The notes beneath the pieces were generated by a model. The model saw nothing but the letters and a program-made list of their open reading frames with translations. It ran no database searches and was not told the origin of the DNA. DNA of 64,000 nt from Eledone cirrhosa (taxonomy: Eukaryota). Location of the stretch: NCBI GenBank assembly GCA_964016885.1, contig OZ024740.1:43958001-44022000 (forward strand), in the 5' to 3' direction. A program made the translations under genes and the position numbers. Shown in pieces: positions 39,304 to 52,440 of this stretch; position 1 is the first letter of the stretch; every line of letters starts with the position of its first letter.

Positions 39304-39562
39304 CTTCCTCCCGTTTGACCTGTGCGAGATTCTTTCCTCACTCACACTTCGACCAGGGTGGATGGTCTTTATTCTCTCTCGTCTACGATTTCACAGAACT
39401 TATGTTCATCGATTTCAGGGACTTGACTCCTTCTTCCTCCCGTTTGACCTTTGCGAAATTCTTTCCTTACTCACATTTCGACCAGGTTTGATGGTCTTTA
39501 TTCTCTCTTGTCCACGATTTCACAGAACTTATGTTCATCGATTTCAGGGACTTGACTCCTCC
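39304..39562. repeat. Tandem duplication of a unit of about 130 bp
   Basis: CTTCCTCCCGTTTGACCT...GGGACTTGACTCCT occurs twice. Confidence 0.9.
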
Positions 39563-39764
39563 TTCCTCACTTTTCGTTGCATTACCATCTTTGTTTGTTT
39601 ACTGTCTCGTTCGTTCCCCCGATTTACGTGTCCCAACGACTTTCTTTAGCCGTTGCTCGTACCAACCAGAGGTATATGGTCTTTAAAGCGATGAAATACC
39701 AATGAAGGTTGGAAGATCACTGATGAAGGACTAAATTTACAACTACGCAGCACGGCATGTTTTC

Positions 39765-39801
<37 letters not shown>

Positions 39802-40302
39802 GGTATAGATTTAAAATAATGTAAAACTATATATACATATATATATACGTATGGTATAGATTTAATATAATATAAATCTGTTTGACTCCAGTTAATGCAT
39901 GCGTAGTGATAACGGAACTAACTCATTATTAAGGGTGTGTTTATGGAATATATGTAAATACACTTTAATAGAAAAATCAAAAAATCAAATTTAGACTGAG
40001 ATAAAAGCTAACTTAAAATTTATTTCATAAAATTATGATAACGTTTCATGACTAAAATTGGTCCTTTAATTTGGAATTTTATTTGAACATCTGACACATA
40101 TAACATGACTCTGCAGTTAAACTGTTCTCTTTGCAGCCACATGATTTCGAGTTCAGCCCCACTGCGGAGCATTTTAGGAAAGAGATTTCTATTATGACTA
40201 ATTATTTGTGAGTGTAATTTAGTTGACGGGAACTATACAGAAGGTTGTATCTATCTACCGAATTATATCTTTCTCAATCTCTCTCGTTCTCTTTCTCTCT
40301 TA

Positions 40303-40339
<37 letters not shown>

Positions 40340-40341
40340 TT

Positions 40342-40425
<84 letters not shown>

Positions 40426-40600
40426 TAATTGAATATAAAAGAAAGGCGAACACAGACATATACATATATGTGTTCAAATCGTAAGGGACCAGATTCGCTA
40501 AGGTGAAAAGAATACTAACTATAGACAATAGGGTTTGCCAGACTCAATTTAAGAATAAATCAAGAAAATAAATACAAACCGGAATTGTGGTAACTACCAA

Positions 40601-40681
40601 TCACCCAGACAGCTTTTGGTACTGCTGTTTCGTAAACTTAATTGTGAATAGGAATGCCAATTCTTGCTCATCAGTGGGTGA
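40601..40681 (-). ncRNA. Type I hammerhead ribozyme (GUC site)
   Basis: tcaccca-CTGATGA-g...c-GAAA-cagc...gctg-TC-tgggtga. The adjacent 40420-40540 is homologous (inverted) to 7425-7540. Confidence 0.82.
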
Positions 40682-41969
40682 AGAATTAGTATCCTAGACA
40701 CTTCTAAGTATATTAAGAAACTGAATATCTTTTACCTATCTATCGTGGAAGGAGACTATTTAGTATGTTAGGAATATATTTTTGTTTATTTATGCAACAA
40801 AATATATCATTACATTTTACTTCATAACAATGATCTCCCATAACCTTTACATATTCAATAGTATATTATGCCAGAGCAGTCGAAACATACGATAAGTGCA
40901 TATATGAACAATGTACATATATAGTACAGGATTAACGGAGACTTTGTGAATGTGTATATAAATGTGCACCTTGACTATATAGATATATAAACATCCAATT
41001 TATGTATCTCACAGAGAGGGATAGATGGCATAGAGAGTGAGAAAGAAGAAGAGATGGATAGAGAGAAATGAAGAAAGAAAGGAGAACAAGGACGAGGAAA
41101 AGAGAAATCGAGGGTGAGAGAGATAGAGAAGGAGAGAGTTGAGGGACAGACTCGTAATACTTGATGGAGTCATAGGGACACCATAGTGGCACAACGTATT
41201 TTGTGCATGTTTACACCTACTCTCAAGATTTCTTTCAGAGAATGATACTCAAGCTACAGAGCAGATTTCTTCCAGAGAATGATTGAAAGTGAGAGAAAGG
41301 CAGTGAAAAAGAAATAGAGAGGAATAATCATCTCCAGTGCTAAACTGGTACATTTTCCCTCAACCACGAAAGGACGAAACGCAAAGTTGACCTCACCTGG
41401 ATTTGAGCCCAGAGAGCTAAAACCAATATCGCAAAACATCCAATCCGAGGTTCTAACGACTCTGCCAATTCGCCGTCTCCCCATAAATATCAAAGAACCT
41501 AAAAGACTGAACTACTTTAATTGTTCAATATCTTTTATATAAAAAAAAAATAAGCTATACGTAAACTAATTCTCTTCAATACAACTGTAGCATTTAACTT
41601 TAATGGATAATATGAACCATGTCAATGTTAGTTACCAAAATGGCATCCAATTTTCAATCGAAGCTGACATATGCCAAAATTGGTTATTTTCAACATACGT
41701 CTACACAGATAAAAGCAGCCTGCAAATTGTTCAGAAAACCTACTAAAATGGTTAAATTAATCGGTACCGTTAATGTAACAAATTGAAAGAAAACCAGCTG
41801 GTCAAATAATTTTTTTTATAAAGTTATAAAACAACATCAAATTAAATACAGTATATACAATAAACGATGTTTGGTGGAGATTAGATACTACACTGATATA
41901 CTGTTTTGTTTCATTAAAATTATACTGGTGTTTCATTATTGTCTATTAACATGTTTTCTTAAATTATTT

Positions 41970-42550
41970 TACATACACCAGTGTTCTATATTGTATATAT
42001 CAACACAAATCCTATTTTAAATACATCAGTACGTAACCTATTTCATATACATAAATATGTCTCATATTATATTCTCCACAATCTCTCCTATTTTATATAT
42101 ATTGTGATGTTTCTATATTATATACATCATCATGTGTCCTGTATTATATACATCATTAGGTGTCATATACTATATACACCAGCATGTGTCCTATTTTATA
42201 TAATTCAGTATGTATACTCTATCATATACACCAGTAAATGTCGATATTTATACAACTGCATATGTCCCATATTATATATACCAACATGTTTCCTATTTTA
42301 TATACACATATATGTGTCTTATTTTCTATACATTAGTATATAATTTATATACATCAATATGTCTCTACATCAGCATGTCTCCTACATTATATACACCAGC
42401 ATATTTTATCTACATCAGCATGTCTTATTTTATATACACCAGTATATATGAATATATACATCAAACAAATATTCTATATTATATACATCAGCACGTGTAC
42501 TATGTTATATATATCAACATGTGTTATACGTTTTATGTATCATTAAGTGT
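41970..42550. repeat. Degenerate minisatellite, unit about 27 bp (TATATACACCAGCATGTGTCCTATATT-like)
   Basis: Recurring ATATACAYCAGCATGT motif. Confidence 0.8.
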
Positions 42551-42705
42551 ATGTAAAGAATTATAAGGATAACGGACCTTTAAATTCTGATGGAGACGTA
42601 GGTGTGCCACCCTCTCACATGGCGTGGGAGCCTTAAATTCTGATGGAGTTGTATGTGTGCCGTCATGTTGTATGGCGAGGGCGAGAAATTCAGATGGGTC
42701 GTAGT

Positions 42706-43255
42706 TGTGACATCGTGTCACACAGCGAGGAGGGGTAGCCTTAACGATGATGGAATGGAACAACTGAAGGAATAGAAAGAACACTGAAAGAATATCACAT
42801 ATAATCTAGATAACTCATTGCCAGTCACTGAGGCCATGAAATGGTTATCACGGTTGCAAATGATAAATCACAAATGACAAATCAAATTATTAATAAATGC
42901 TGTATTTCAGTAAATTCTTATTTAAAAAAAAAATGTTTGATATCATACTTGAGATGTCACTGACACATCTTTAAATAATATTTTAATTTGTTTTCATAAT
43001 TTGATATTGCTTCATTAATATTTAATAGTGTTTTAGGTTGCTGCTCTGTTAGAAATATGTTTTGATGAAAGGACCACAACACTTATACACTACTTATACT
43101 ATGTTATTATTGTTAATAGATATGTGACTGGCATCAGTGACTGGCAACAGGTTATCTAGGTTATACATGATATTTTTCATAGTTTTATTCCTTCAGTTGT
43201 TCCAGTCCATCATAGTTAAGGCTCCCCCACCTCACCGTGTGACACGACGGCACAA
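42706..43255. repeat. Diverged inverted repeats of about 125 bp (42706-42830 / 43134-43255)
   Basis: CGTGTCACAC...GCCTTAAC...GGAACAACTGAAGGAATA...TGCCAGTCACTGA and its reverse complement. Confidence 0.85.
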
Positions 43256-43261
43256 CTTAAA

Positions 43262-43457
43262 AGGGTGGTGGATTGACTGTATCGGTCAAGCGTCAGACAC
43301 CATGCTTTGCAGCATAGAGTTATGGCCATTTACCTTCTGAATTCAAATCCCGCCGATGTTAACTTTGCTTTTCATCCTTACAGGGTCGATAAAATAAAGT
43401 ACCAGAAATGCACTATGGCAATTACTGACCTTGTGCCAAAAGTAGAAACAATTATTC
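43262..43457 (+). mobile_element. tRNA-derived SINE family S
   Basis: Matches the family consensus. Confidence 0.85.
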
Positions 43458-43871
43458 TTAATAGAAATGCTTTTTAACTGATAATTGTAGACATACCAAG
43501 GGTATATAGATTCTTTACCTGAGAGCATTTGGAAATACATTTGCTAGGTAGTGTTAGTTGTTGCGATCCAGAAGATTTGTGATACTAAGTGCCTCAGCTG
43601 TAGCAAGCCCTCGTCACTACTTTCAATCGCAGATATAGCCGTGTGGTTAAAGCGTTCGCTTCGCAGCCAGGCGAGGCTCAATTGGATCATTCTACCCTCT
43701 TCACGGTACATTAACCCCAGTTTCACCTATACGTTGACAGTGAAATTTGATAGGCGGAAATTGCGCAGAAAACCTGTGTACGTGCACACATGCACACACA
43801 CACACACACACAGACACACATCCACACACATACACGCACACACACACTAATATATATAAATATATATAATA

Positions 43872-44189
43872 ACAGGAGGCTGGACTGGTGTAATTCCTTA
43901 AAAGGTTTATTATACTATGATCATTTCAATGACCGGTTTCAGTATGAATCCAGTGACATCATCAGGTATTCGAAATATAACAAAGGAGGGCGGCCGACCG
44001 GGGTAGAAGTTGCTAAATGTTCGGTCGCCCTCATGTCTTTGATTTTCAGCCCCATGGATTTTGTCTATTATATTCCTTTGTTATATTTCGAATACCTGAT
44101 CATGTCACCGCATTGATACTAAACCCGGTCATTGAAATGATCATAGTATAATGAACCTTTTAAGGAATTACACCAGTCCAGCCTCCTGT
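43872..44189. repeat. Fold-back (arms 43872-43987 / 44073-44189) with a hammerhead-like core
   Basis: ACAGGAGGCTGGACTGGTGTAATTCC and its reverse complement; arms diverged. Confidence 0.9.
43924..43975 (-). ncRNA. Minimal hammerhead-like fold
   Basis: CTGATGA...GAAA-ccgg-TC with palindromic stem III; stems I and II imperfect. Confidence 0.45.
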
Positions 44190-44422
44190 GATCTTATAAT
44201 AATTAACTCCGTACTCGCACCACCAACTACACCAACAAAGACGGATGAGTTGCATTACGTTGAGTGCTCTCCACAATATTACATCGAGGTTGACCATACG
44301 GAATGGCCAGTTCTATCCAGTGGTGAACCAACAAACCTAAATAAATATATATATATACAAATATAAATTATATACATATACACACACACATATATGTATA
44401 TATGTATATATGCATATATAAA

Positions 44423-44511
<89 letters not shown>

Positions 44512-44871
44512 TGTGTATGTGTGTGTGTATGTGTGTGTGTGTTTATGTGTGTTTATGTGTGTGTATGTATATATGTATGTATACAGAAAGAGAGAGAACA
44601 AGGGAACGAGAGACATAGAGGAGGACAAAGGGAGAAACACATAAATTATATACAGAAAATCAAATAAAAAAATAGATTAAAACAAACCCAAACAACTCGT
44701 AAAACTAATATCAAATTGAAATTTTATTGCAATTTTAAATATTAAAATGACAGTTAATCAGAAACTAACGCTAAATCACATATTAATGCCAACCAACTGA
44801 AACCAAACACAAGATAGATCGTGTGTGAACCCGAATAAAGTGGACAAACACAGCATGAAACAATAAACATT

Positions 44872-45022
44872 TTTGACGCATAGAGTTACGGCCCTTGCCA
44901 TTCTGAGTTCAAATCCCGCCGAGCTTAACTTTGCCTTTCATCCTTACGGGGTCGATAAAATAAAGTACCAGTAATGTACTGAGTAATTCCTGGCCTTGTG
45001 TCAATAGTAGAAACAATTATTT
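44872..45022 (+). mobile_element. SINE family S, 5'-truncated
   Basis: Matches the family consensus. Confidence 0.85.
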
Positions 45023-45447
45023 GATAAAGTATAATACATAAAAATTATAAGAGAGCAAAAGAATTATTGAAATATAATCTCACCCGAATATCACGCTGCC
45101 CAACAATGAATCCAGTGTGTTAATTATAGAAACAGCAATGAGATGACCGCGCGTGATTTTAAGTGGAAGCGGCCGAAGTCAGGACCGCTAACAGTATCAG
45201 CTTCGGTCTTCCACAACAACTCGTTAAACCCTCTCCTCTCATTTTCCCTAAGCTTACATCTTACCAACAACCCAATCCCATCACTATGCCTTGCAGATAA
45301 AAAAGAAGACCTAGCCATAATAAACATAGTACGATTTACAAACACCCTTAGCCAATCCCGTCTCTAATGAAATATCTTGAAAGAATGAAAGATGACAAAC
45401 AATCATGATTAAATATTCTAAGGTTAACAAATGAACTTAATAATAAT

Positions 45448-45712
45448 TGTTTCTACTTTGGGCACAAGGCCAGCAATTATCCCAGTGCATTACTGGTACT
45501 TTATTTTATCGACCCCGTAAGGATGAAAGGCAAAGTTAACCTCGGCGGGATTTGAACTCAGACCATACAGGGCCGTAATTCTTTGCTGCAAAGCATGGCG
45601 TCTGACCCTCTACCGATACTGCCAATCCACCCATCAATTAAACATACGGTATATTGCCAAATATACTATACATACATTTATGTATACATCGCTATTTCAG
45701 ATCACCAATCCT
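45448..45712 (-). mobile_element. SINE family S with about 80 bp of foreign 5' sequence inside an 18-bp TSD
   Basis: TSD AATGAACTTAATAATAAT at 45430-45447 and 45713-45730. Confidence 0.85.
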
Positions 45713-46334
45713 AATGAACTTAATAATAATGTTAACCGTACTAAACGTTTAACATCATAAAAGATTCACCCTTGAAACTTCAAGTACTCTATTCCAACAT
45801 CTCTGACTCCCAGTCACCCGTTACAGAAGTGCAAGCCCGAAATAGCACCGATTTTTTTTTTATTCTGTCCCCTGACACCAATGCTACGACAAAAACGTAT
45901 TATCAAAATGTTTTTGTTCTTTTTCATAATTTTATCTCTCCATGGGTACTAACAATCTTTTAACTTCCTCCATCAATACCCTGACTGCTAGTTCTACATT
46001 ACCTCAATATTTGGTTTAAAATCATATAATAACGCGTTATTTAGAGGATACGAAAGTTCTTAATCTTACTGAGAGCACACGTCAACCAGGGATCATGCCT
46101 CTTACTTCCTTTGAAGCCCTAAATGCTGACCGTGGAAAATAGAGAACTGTCTGCAATGAAGTTATAACAAACTTTGAAAAATATCGTCTAGGACATCTTT
46201 GTGATCTAAAATCTAACACCAATATTCGAACTAACTTTCCAGCCTGATCCGCTCAAATTCCTGTTACCTGCACTAAATGCACGTGGACTGAAGCGAATTT
46301 ATGGTATAATCATTAAAAAAATTAACGATATACA

Positions 46335-46738
46335 TCGATATATATATATATATATAATACTAAAAGTATGCGATTGCTTTATTGATTGCTTGCTTATTTG
46401 TCTGTAATGTAATACAGTCAAAAGGGCGGATAATGGAAAAATACTTTGAAAGGAAGTTGTCCCTGAAATGGGAATAGAAATGGAATAAAACAAGTTTCGC
46501 GCAAATCGAAGCACAGGTTCCCGACATATGGGTTTTCTGGGTACCTTCATAAATAGAGAAAGAGAAGGATAGAGAGAAAGAGATAGTGGTTGTGAGAGAG
46601 TAGATTGAAAGAGAGACATAGAGGGAGAGGAGACAGAGAAGGAGAATGGAAGAGAGAAAGCTGGTTGTGTTGTTGTGTATACATATGTGTGTGTGTCTGT
46701 GACCAGTGTATATAGATCACAGACACTCACATATAAAT

Positions 46739-46791
<53 letters not shown>

Positions 46792-46969
46792 AACATACAC
46801 ATTTATATATATACATACTCACACGAATATATATAGACCTTCCAGTTTTATTTCACATTATATACATGTCCGTGTAAATTTTAATTATTTGAAAATTAGT
46901 TTTAAGTGAACATGATTTTTAAAAAATATTTTGAAGTGAACGTGATCCAACTGGTCACGGGTGGTCTAG
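46335..46969 (+). mobile_element. Non-autonomous Helitron
   Basis: A|TC(G)ATATATA...ACTAAAAG 5' end followed by (TTGC)-like repeats; 3' hairpin CGTGATC caact GGTCACG plus CTAG|T. Confidence 0.55.
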
Positions 46970-47215
46970 TATATATATATATATACGATTCTTTGCTTAA
47001 ACTTTAATCTGTTATTTTAATAAATATATATATATTTATTAAACAGCACGGACACTCTATCTCAAAATTATTTTTGAAAAGCATTTAGAAATGCGCAACC
47101 GGTAAAAACTTAAAAACTTAAAACCACAACTGAATACTATCACTAATACTCTTTTATTCCTAATTAAACCATTTTTCAACTGTGACCAATTTGTCAGCAT
47201 TTTCTATTCCGTTTA

Positions 47216-47272
<57 letters not shown>

Positions 47273-47364
47273 AGTGTAACTTGGAGTTACTGCAGGTTCA
47301 CCCGGGTGAGCACTCGATGTTTAGGTTCACTTCTGTGTTGAGGTGTAGAGCTATACAAAGTGTA

Positions 47365-48584
47365 ATATATTGAAAGGATAACAAGGACAATTGGTTACTC
47401 CTTCATTACATTTATTGGTAGGTGACGCGCCTTTCGCCACTGATCAGCTCAAGGTTCGATCTGTATCGATCTTACCCGACTCTATAATCGGCAGTTCGAC
47501 GGACCCTTTAAAATGCTATTACAAAATGAATACATGCTATGTGGTAAAGTCTGAAGTTCATATGTTGGTCAATATGAGTTGTTTTGATTGGTGGAATAGA
47601 TCATAGGGATGTTTTCGCCTGTAGTGTGTGTGGGGGTGGATGTGATGATAAGATGGTGGTGACGGTCGCTGGCTGGGATGGGCTGTGTTGTAGGGGTGTG
47701 GATTGACTTTCGCCTGTAGTGTATGTGGGGGTGGATGTGATGATAAGATGGTGGTGACGGTCGCTGGCTGGGATGGGCTGTGTTGTAGGGGTGTGGATTG
47801 ACTTTCGCCTGTAGTGTATGTGGGGGTGGATGTGATGATAAGACGGTGGTGACGGTCGCTGGCTGGGATGGGCTGTGTTGTAGGGGTGGTGGATTGACTT
47901 TCGCCTGTAGTGTGTGTGGGGGAGGATGTGATGATAAGATGTTGATGACGGTCGCTGGCTGGGATGGGCTATGTTGTAGGGGTGTGGATTGACTTTCGCC
48001 TGTAGTGTATGTGGGGGTGGATGTGATGATAAGACGGTGGTGACGGTCGCTGGCTGGGATGGGCTGTGTTGTAGGGGTGGGGGATTGACTTTCGCCTGTA
48101 GTGTGTGTGGGGGTGGATGTGATGATGAGATGGTGGTGACGGTCGCTGGCTGGGATGGGCTGTGTTGTAGGGGTGGTGGATTGACATTCGCCTGTAGTGT
48201 GTGTGGGGGTGGATGTGATGATAATACACTACAGGCGAAAGTCAATCCACCACCCCTACAACACAGCCCATCCCAGCCAGCGACCGTCACCACCATCTTA
48301 TCATCACATCCACCCCCACACACACTACAGGCGAAAACATCCCTATGATCTATTCCACCAATCAAAACAACTCATATTGACCAACATATGAACTTCAGAC
48401 TTTACCACATAGCATGTATTCATTTTGTAATAGCATTTTAAAGGGTCCGTCGAACTGCCGATTATAGAGTCGGGTAAGATCGATACAGATCGAACCTTGA
48501 GCTGATCAGTGGCGAAAGGCGCGTCACCTACCAATAAATGTAATGAAGGAGTAACCAATCGTCCTTGTTATCCTTTCAATATAT
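47365..48584. repeat. 1.2-kb fold-back (about 360-bp arms) enclosing about 6.4 copies of a 95/96-bp GC-rich tandem unit
   Basis: Arms about 47365-47724 / 48225-48584. Unit starts at about 47614, 47709, 47804, 47900, 47995, 48091 and 48187. Confidence 0.95.
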
Positions 48585-48598
48585 ATATATATATATAA

Positions 48599-48651
<53 letters not shown>

Positions 48652-48679
48652 TGTGTCTGTGTCTGTGTCTGTGTCTGTA

Positions 48680-48747
<68 letters not shown>

Positions 48748-49220
48748 TGTGTCTGTGTCTGTGTCTGTGTCTGTGCGTATGGTGTATGTATGAACGCATG
48801 TATGTGTGTGTATGCATGTATCTTTGGGCAACAGTAGAAGGAAAATGATATATCACATAAAATATTCAATCGTTGTCCAGCCCAGGCAAGCTGGGAAAGT
48901 GGAACTTAAACAAGGATGATGATGGTGACAGTAATAGTAATGATAGTGATGATTATAATGATTATGTTGATGATGTTGTTGATAATGATAATGATTATGA
49001 TGATGATAACTATATAAATATATAGGAAAAAAATAAACGTTAAACATCATTCTCAACCTGAATAAAAAAGTACAGAGACGATGGTCACCTGACTATGACC
49101 ATCCCATGGCAGCTTGTGAGAGGTAGGAGCGTCCTAACTTGTAGAATAATCCGACTGTCTTACGATAAAGCAGATGTTGGTGTCATCTTTACCAAGCAAA
49201 ATCCCTGGGGAAATACATTA

Positions 49221-49273
<53 letters not shown>

Positions 49274-49375
49274 AACACACATACATTCATGTAATCATAC
49301 TCACACAGACATACGCGCGCACACACACATATATATATATATATATACATACACACACTTACATACATACATACG

Positions 49376-49432
<57 letters not shown>

Positions 49433-49437
<5 letters not shown>

Positions 49438-49738
49438 TGCTGCAAACTCAGCTTAGAGTATCGCAATCCCTTGTCAGATTATAGAGTTTAGAGCACTTTT
49501 AGGCTACGGCCAGCCACACGAACCTGTAACACATTCTGAACACGCAATGTCTGTGCTTTGAAGGTTTTTTTAAGTGGGAAAAAGCATTGGACTTGACCAA
49601 TGCCACTCTCTGAGCATCGAAAATACTACACGAAAAGAACTGGTCAACATTATCGGATACTTCCGAAGCCGTGGGTTTTCTTTTTTCAGTTTCCCTCAAC
49701 TAGAAAGGTGTTGTGACAACAACTGCAGGCCTTTTCTC
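49433..49738 (-). mobile_element. Bipartite non-autonomous RTE derivative
   Basis: Reverse complement reads RTE 5' UTR ...AAACTCTAT|AATCTGACAAGGGATTGC...GCAGCAATCAT (RTE 3' end, cf. 38761-38800). Confidence 0.8.
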
Positions 49739-49840
49739 TACATACATACACACATACATACACACATACATACATACATACATACATACATACATACATA
49801 CATACATACATACATACATACATACATACATACATACATG

Positions 49841-50847
49841 CATGAATATGTTGCCAGGAAGCTCCAGACTGAGAGTAATATAGATAACGAAAGTAGTCTA
49901 TCTTGGACCAACAACCGCTATATTGGCTCCCACTTTGAAGGATACGCTTTTGCAATCCAAGAACAGGAGATTAACACGAAATACCTGATTCACAAAAGAG
50001 ATAGGGATGCAGGCAAAGCACCTAGATGTGATAACAAGTGCAGAATCTGCAGAGCTAACATCGAGGATATCACCCATGTCATAAGCAGCTGTCCAAAGAT
50101 GTCATCGCGGTACTATCTACCTATGAGGCATGATGTAGTGGCCAAAACACTGTACAATGCAATTCGTAAAAAAGATAGCTTCGATAATAAACACATTAGA
50201 AGCTACAGCAATGTGGAAGACATCCATGTACATAATATGAAAGAGTACTGGTGGAATGTTCCAGTAAAAACTCCAATACAATGCAGGCATAACAGACCAG
50301 ATATTATGATATGGGACAGGGAGAAGAAATCATGCACAGTAGTGGAAATTAGCTGCCCAGCAGATGCCAATATAATATCAAAGATTAGGAGAATATTTAT
50401 GCAGAACTGATGAGAAATCTGCAGATACTCCACCCTGATTACACCTTCAGATTTATGCCTGTGATTATTGGGGCACTGGGGTATGTTAGTAACTGCCTCA
50501 ATACAAATCTTGAGAAGCTGGGCTTCACAGGAACAGAAAGAACAGAACTAGTTAGGAAATTACAAGTACAATCCATTAATGCAACAGTAAAAGTATGTAA
50601 AACATTCCAAAAATGTTGCATCTAATAACTGCATATACCCATGTACAGATGCAACGCATATACACATGCACACATACAACTCAAAACATCCACATCCACA
50701 CATACAATAACATCCATATCTACACATGCACGCATACATAATCTACCTAATTGATGTTGTGTACATTCTAATGAGAGAGCCTTGTGTCTATGTTAGAAAC
50801 CGCCAATTCATTGGGAAAAAATTTGTGAAATTATAAAACCAGAAGAA
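49841..50847 (+). mobile_element. 5'-truncated R4/Dong-clade LINE (CCHC + restriction-like endonuclease) within (CATA)n
   Basis: AIQEQ, CRIC...HVISSC, RHD, HNRPDI...VEISCP, PVIIGALG; (CATA)n on both flanks. Confidence 0.88.
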
Positions 50848-50962
50848 CATACACACATACATACATACATACATACATACATACATACGTACATACATAC
50901 ATACATACATACATACATACATACATACATACATACATACATACATACATACAAAGATCATA

Positions 50963-51200
50963 ACTAATGGCTGCAACTTGATTTCGTGTAATGCTATCGC
51001 TTGATATTTAAGCATGAGCAGCACGGACTGCCTTTTTAGTCTTGCTGAGGACTTCCACACTCTTGCACAGATGTTGCAACGATGTAAACAGTTTCACAAA
51101 CATGGCTTAGGTCGACTCGTGGCTATATTATTGGCCCTCATGATTGCGAACCGAATTTCCTAACGCAACCATGCATGCTCCCTACAGAGAGCAATGGGAG
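50963..51200 (-). mobile_element. RTE 3' fragment (C2H2 finger remnant + GCAGCCAT end)
   Basis: Manual translation RCNICARVWKSSARLKR; terminus like 38777-38800. Confidence 0.55.
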
Positions 51201-51297
51201 AAGATATATTGTGTAATAAGCAAAATTGCAATCAACCCTATAAAATTATTTTATCCATATCAAAAGCAACATTATGAACGTAAGAAAACGGAAACAA

Positions 51298-51690
51298 TTT
51301 CTTCTTCTTCTTCTTCTTCTTCTTCTTCTTCTTCTTCTTCTTCTTCTTCTTCTTCTTCTTCTTCTTCTTCTTCTTCTTCTTCTTCTTCTTCTTCTTCTTC
51401 TTCTTCTTCTTCTTCTTCTTCTTCTTCTTCTTCTCCCACTTATTGCAGAGATGGTCGCGAAGTCAGAGTCATCAAGCACTTCTTCCAGTGGACATGACAT
51501 GTCCGAAGCAACCGTCTCTAATTTGGTTATTTCACAAGATGCATAACTATAGGTAAAGGTTGGAATGAATACCGAATTGATTACGAGTTTGGCTTTTATA
51601 CCTACCTCCTTTCTGATCACCGAATGCTGAAACCGACATGTTCGAGCCGTCACCGCACCACAGCCTGCTGGGAAGACTAATCCGTTATAC
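51298..51690 (-). mobile_element. RTE-type RT C-terminal fragment with (GAA)n tail
   Basis: SVIRKEVGIKAKLVINSVFIPTFTY resembles the RTE KAKL..Y...PTLTYG motif; (TTC)n at 51298-51434. Confidence 0.5.
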
Positions 51691-52014
51691 TAAAATAGTT
51701 TTCATTTAATTGTAATATGTATACATACCACTGTTGTTATTCCATCATCGAGATTGCTGAAAGTTGTTATAAAAGCAGGTTTAAGAAACTAAACACATGT
51801 AGATAGCTAGTAGTATATTATATCGATTTATTTAAACAATATATAGATATTTAGACATATTGATCAAAACATAATGCAGATAGAATCACAGAAAATATGA
51901 GTATAATTCGAAAAAGAATGAAACACATTATCATATTTCTCTTTATAACTTTGGAATCTACTTAATAAAATATGAATGGTATTCAGATCGACTGTGTCAG
52001 TTAAATGGCGGATT

Positions 52015-52182
52015 TCACAAGGCCAGCAATTACCCAGTACATTACTCGTACTTTATTTTATCGACCCCCGTCAGGATGAAAGGCAAAGTTAACCTCGGCG
52101 GGATTTGAAATCAGACCACAAAAGGCCGTAACTCTATGCTGCAAAGCATGGCGTCCGACACTCTACCGATACTGCCAATCCA
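52015..52182 (-). mobile_element. SINE family S
   Basis: Matches the family consensus. Confidence 0.85.
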
Positions 52183-52395
52183 CAGAGTCAAAATAATGAA
52201 AATAGTTCAAAAATGTTCAATAATTTGGTACATTGTGGTTATGTTAGAAATCAAGATTATATCATGAATCTTATATTTTAGAGCTAAGAAGGAGCAAAAC
52301 AATACAAATTTAATATTTACATGAGTCTCCGTCGGTTTCACCGATGAGGGTTTCAGTTTTCTATCAATAAACCAACTTGTTCTTGAAATTTAATA

Positions 52396-52440
52396 GCTGA
52401 CAATCGTTTCTTCCAAACTCTCGTTTGGTATCATCAGAGC
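52396..52440 (-). ncRNA. Minimal type I hammerhead ribozyme
   Basis: gct-CTGATGA-ta ccaaac GAGA gtttgg aa-GAAA-cgattg-TC-agc. Confidence 0.7.

Noticed and set aside
47065-47110. TTGAAAA-gcattta-GAAA-tgcgca motif (also at 5745-5785 on the - strand)
   Set aside because: It has a palindromic stem III but no UH site or pairable stem II.
47614-48224. Regular repeat array that could be mistaken for CRISPR or a mucin-like exon
   Set aside because: There are no unique spacers and no cas genes in this eukaryotic context. The 95-bp units break the frame, and the 254-aa ORF runs through the fold-back junction.
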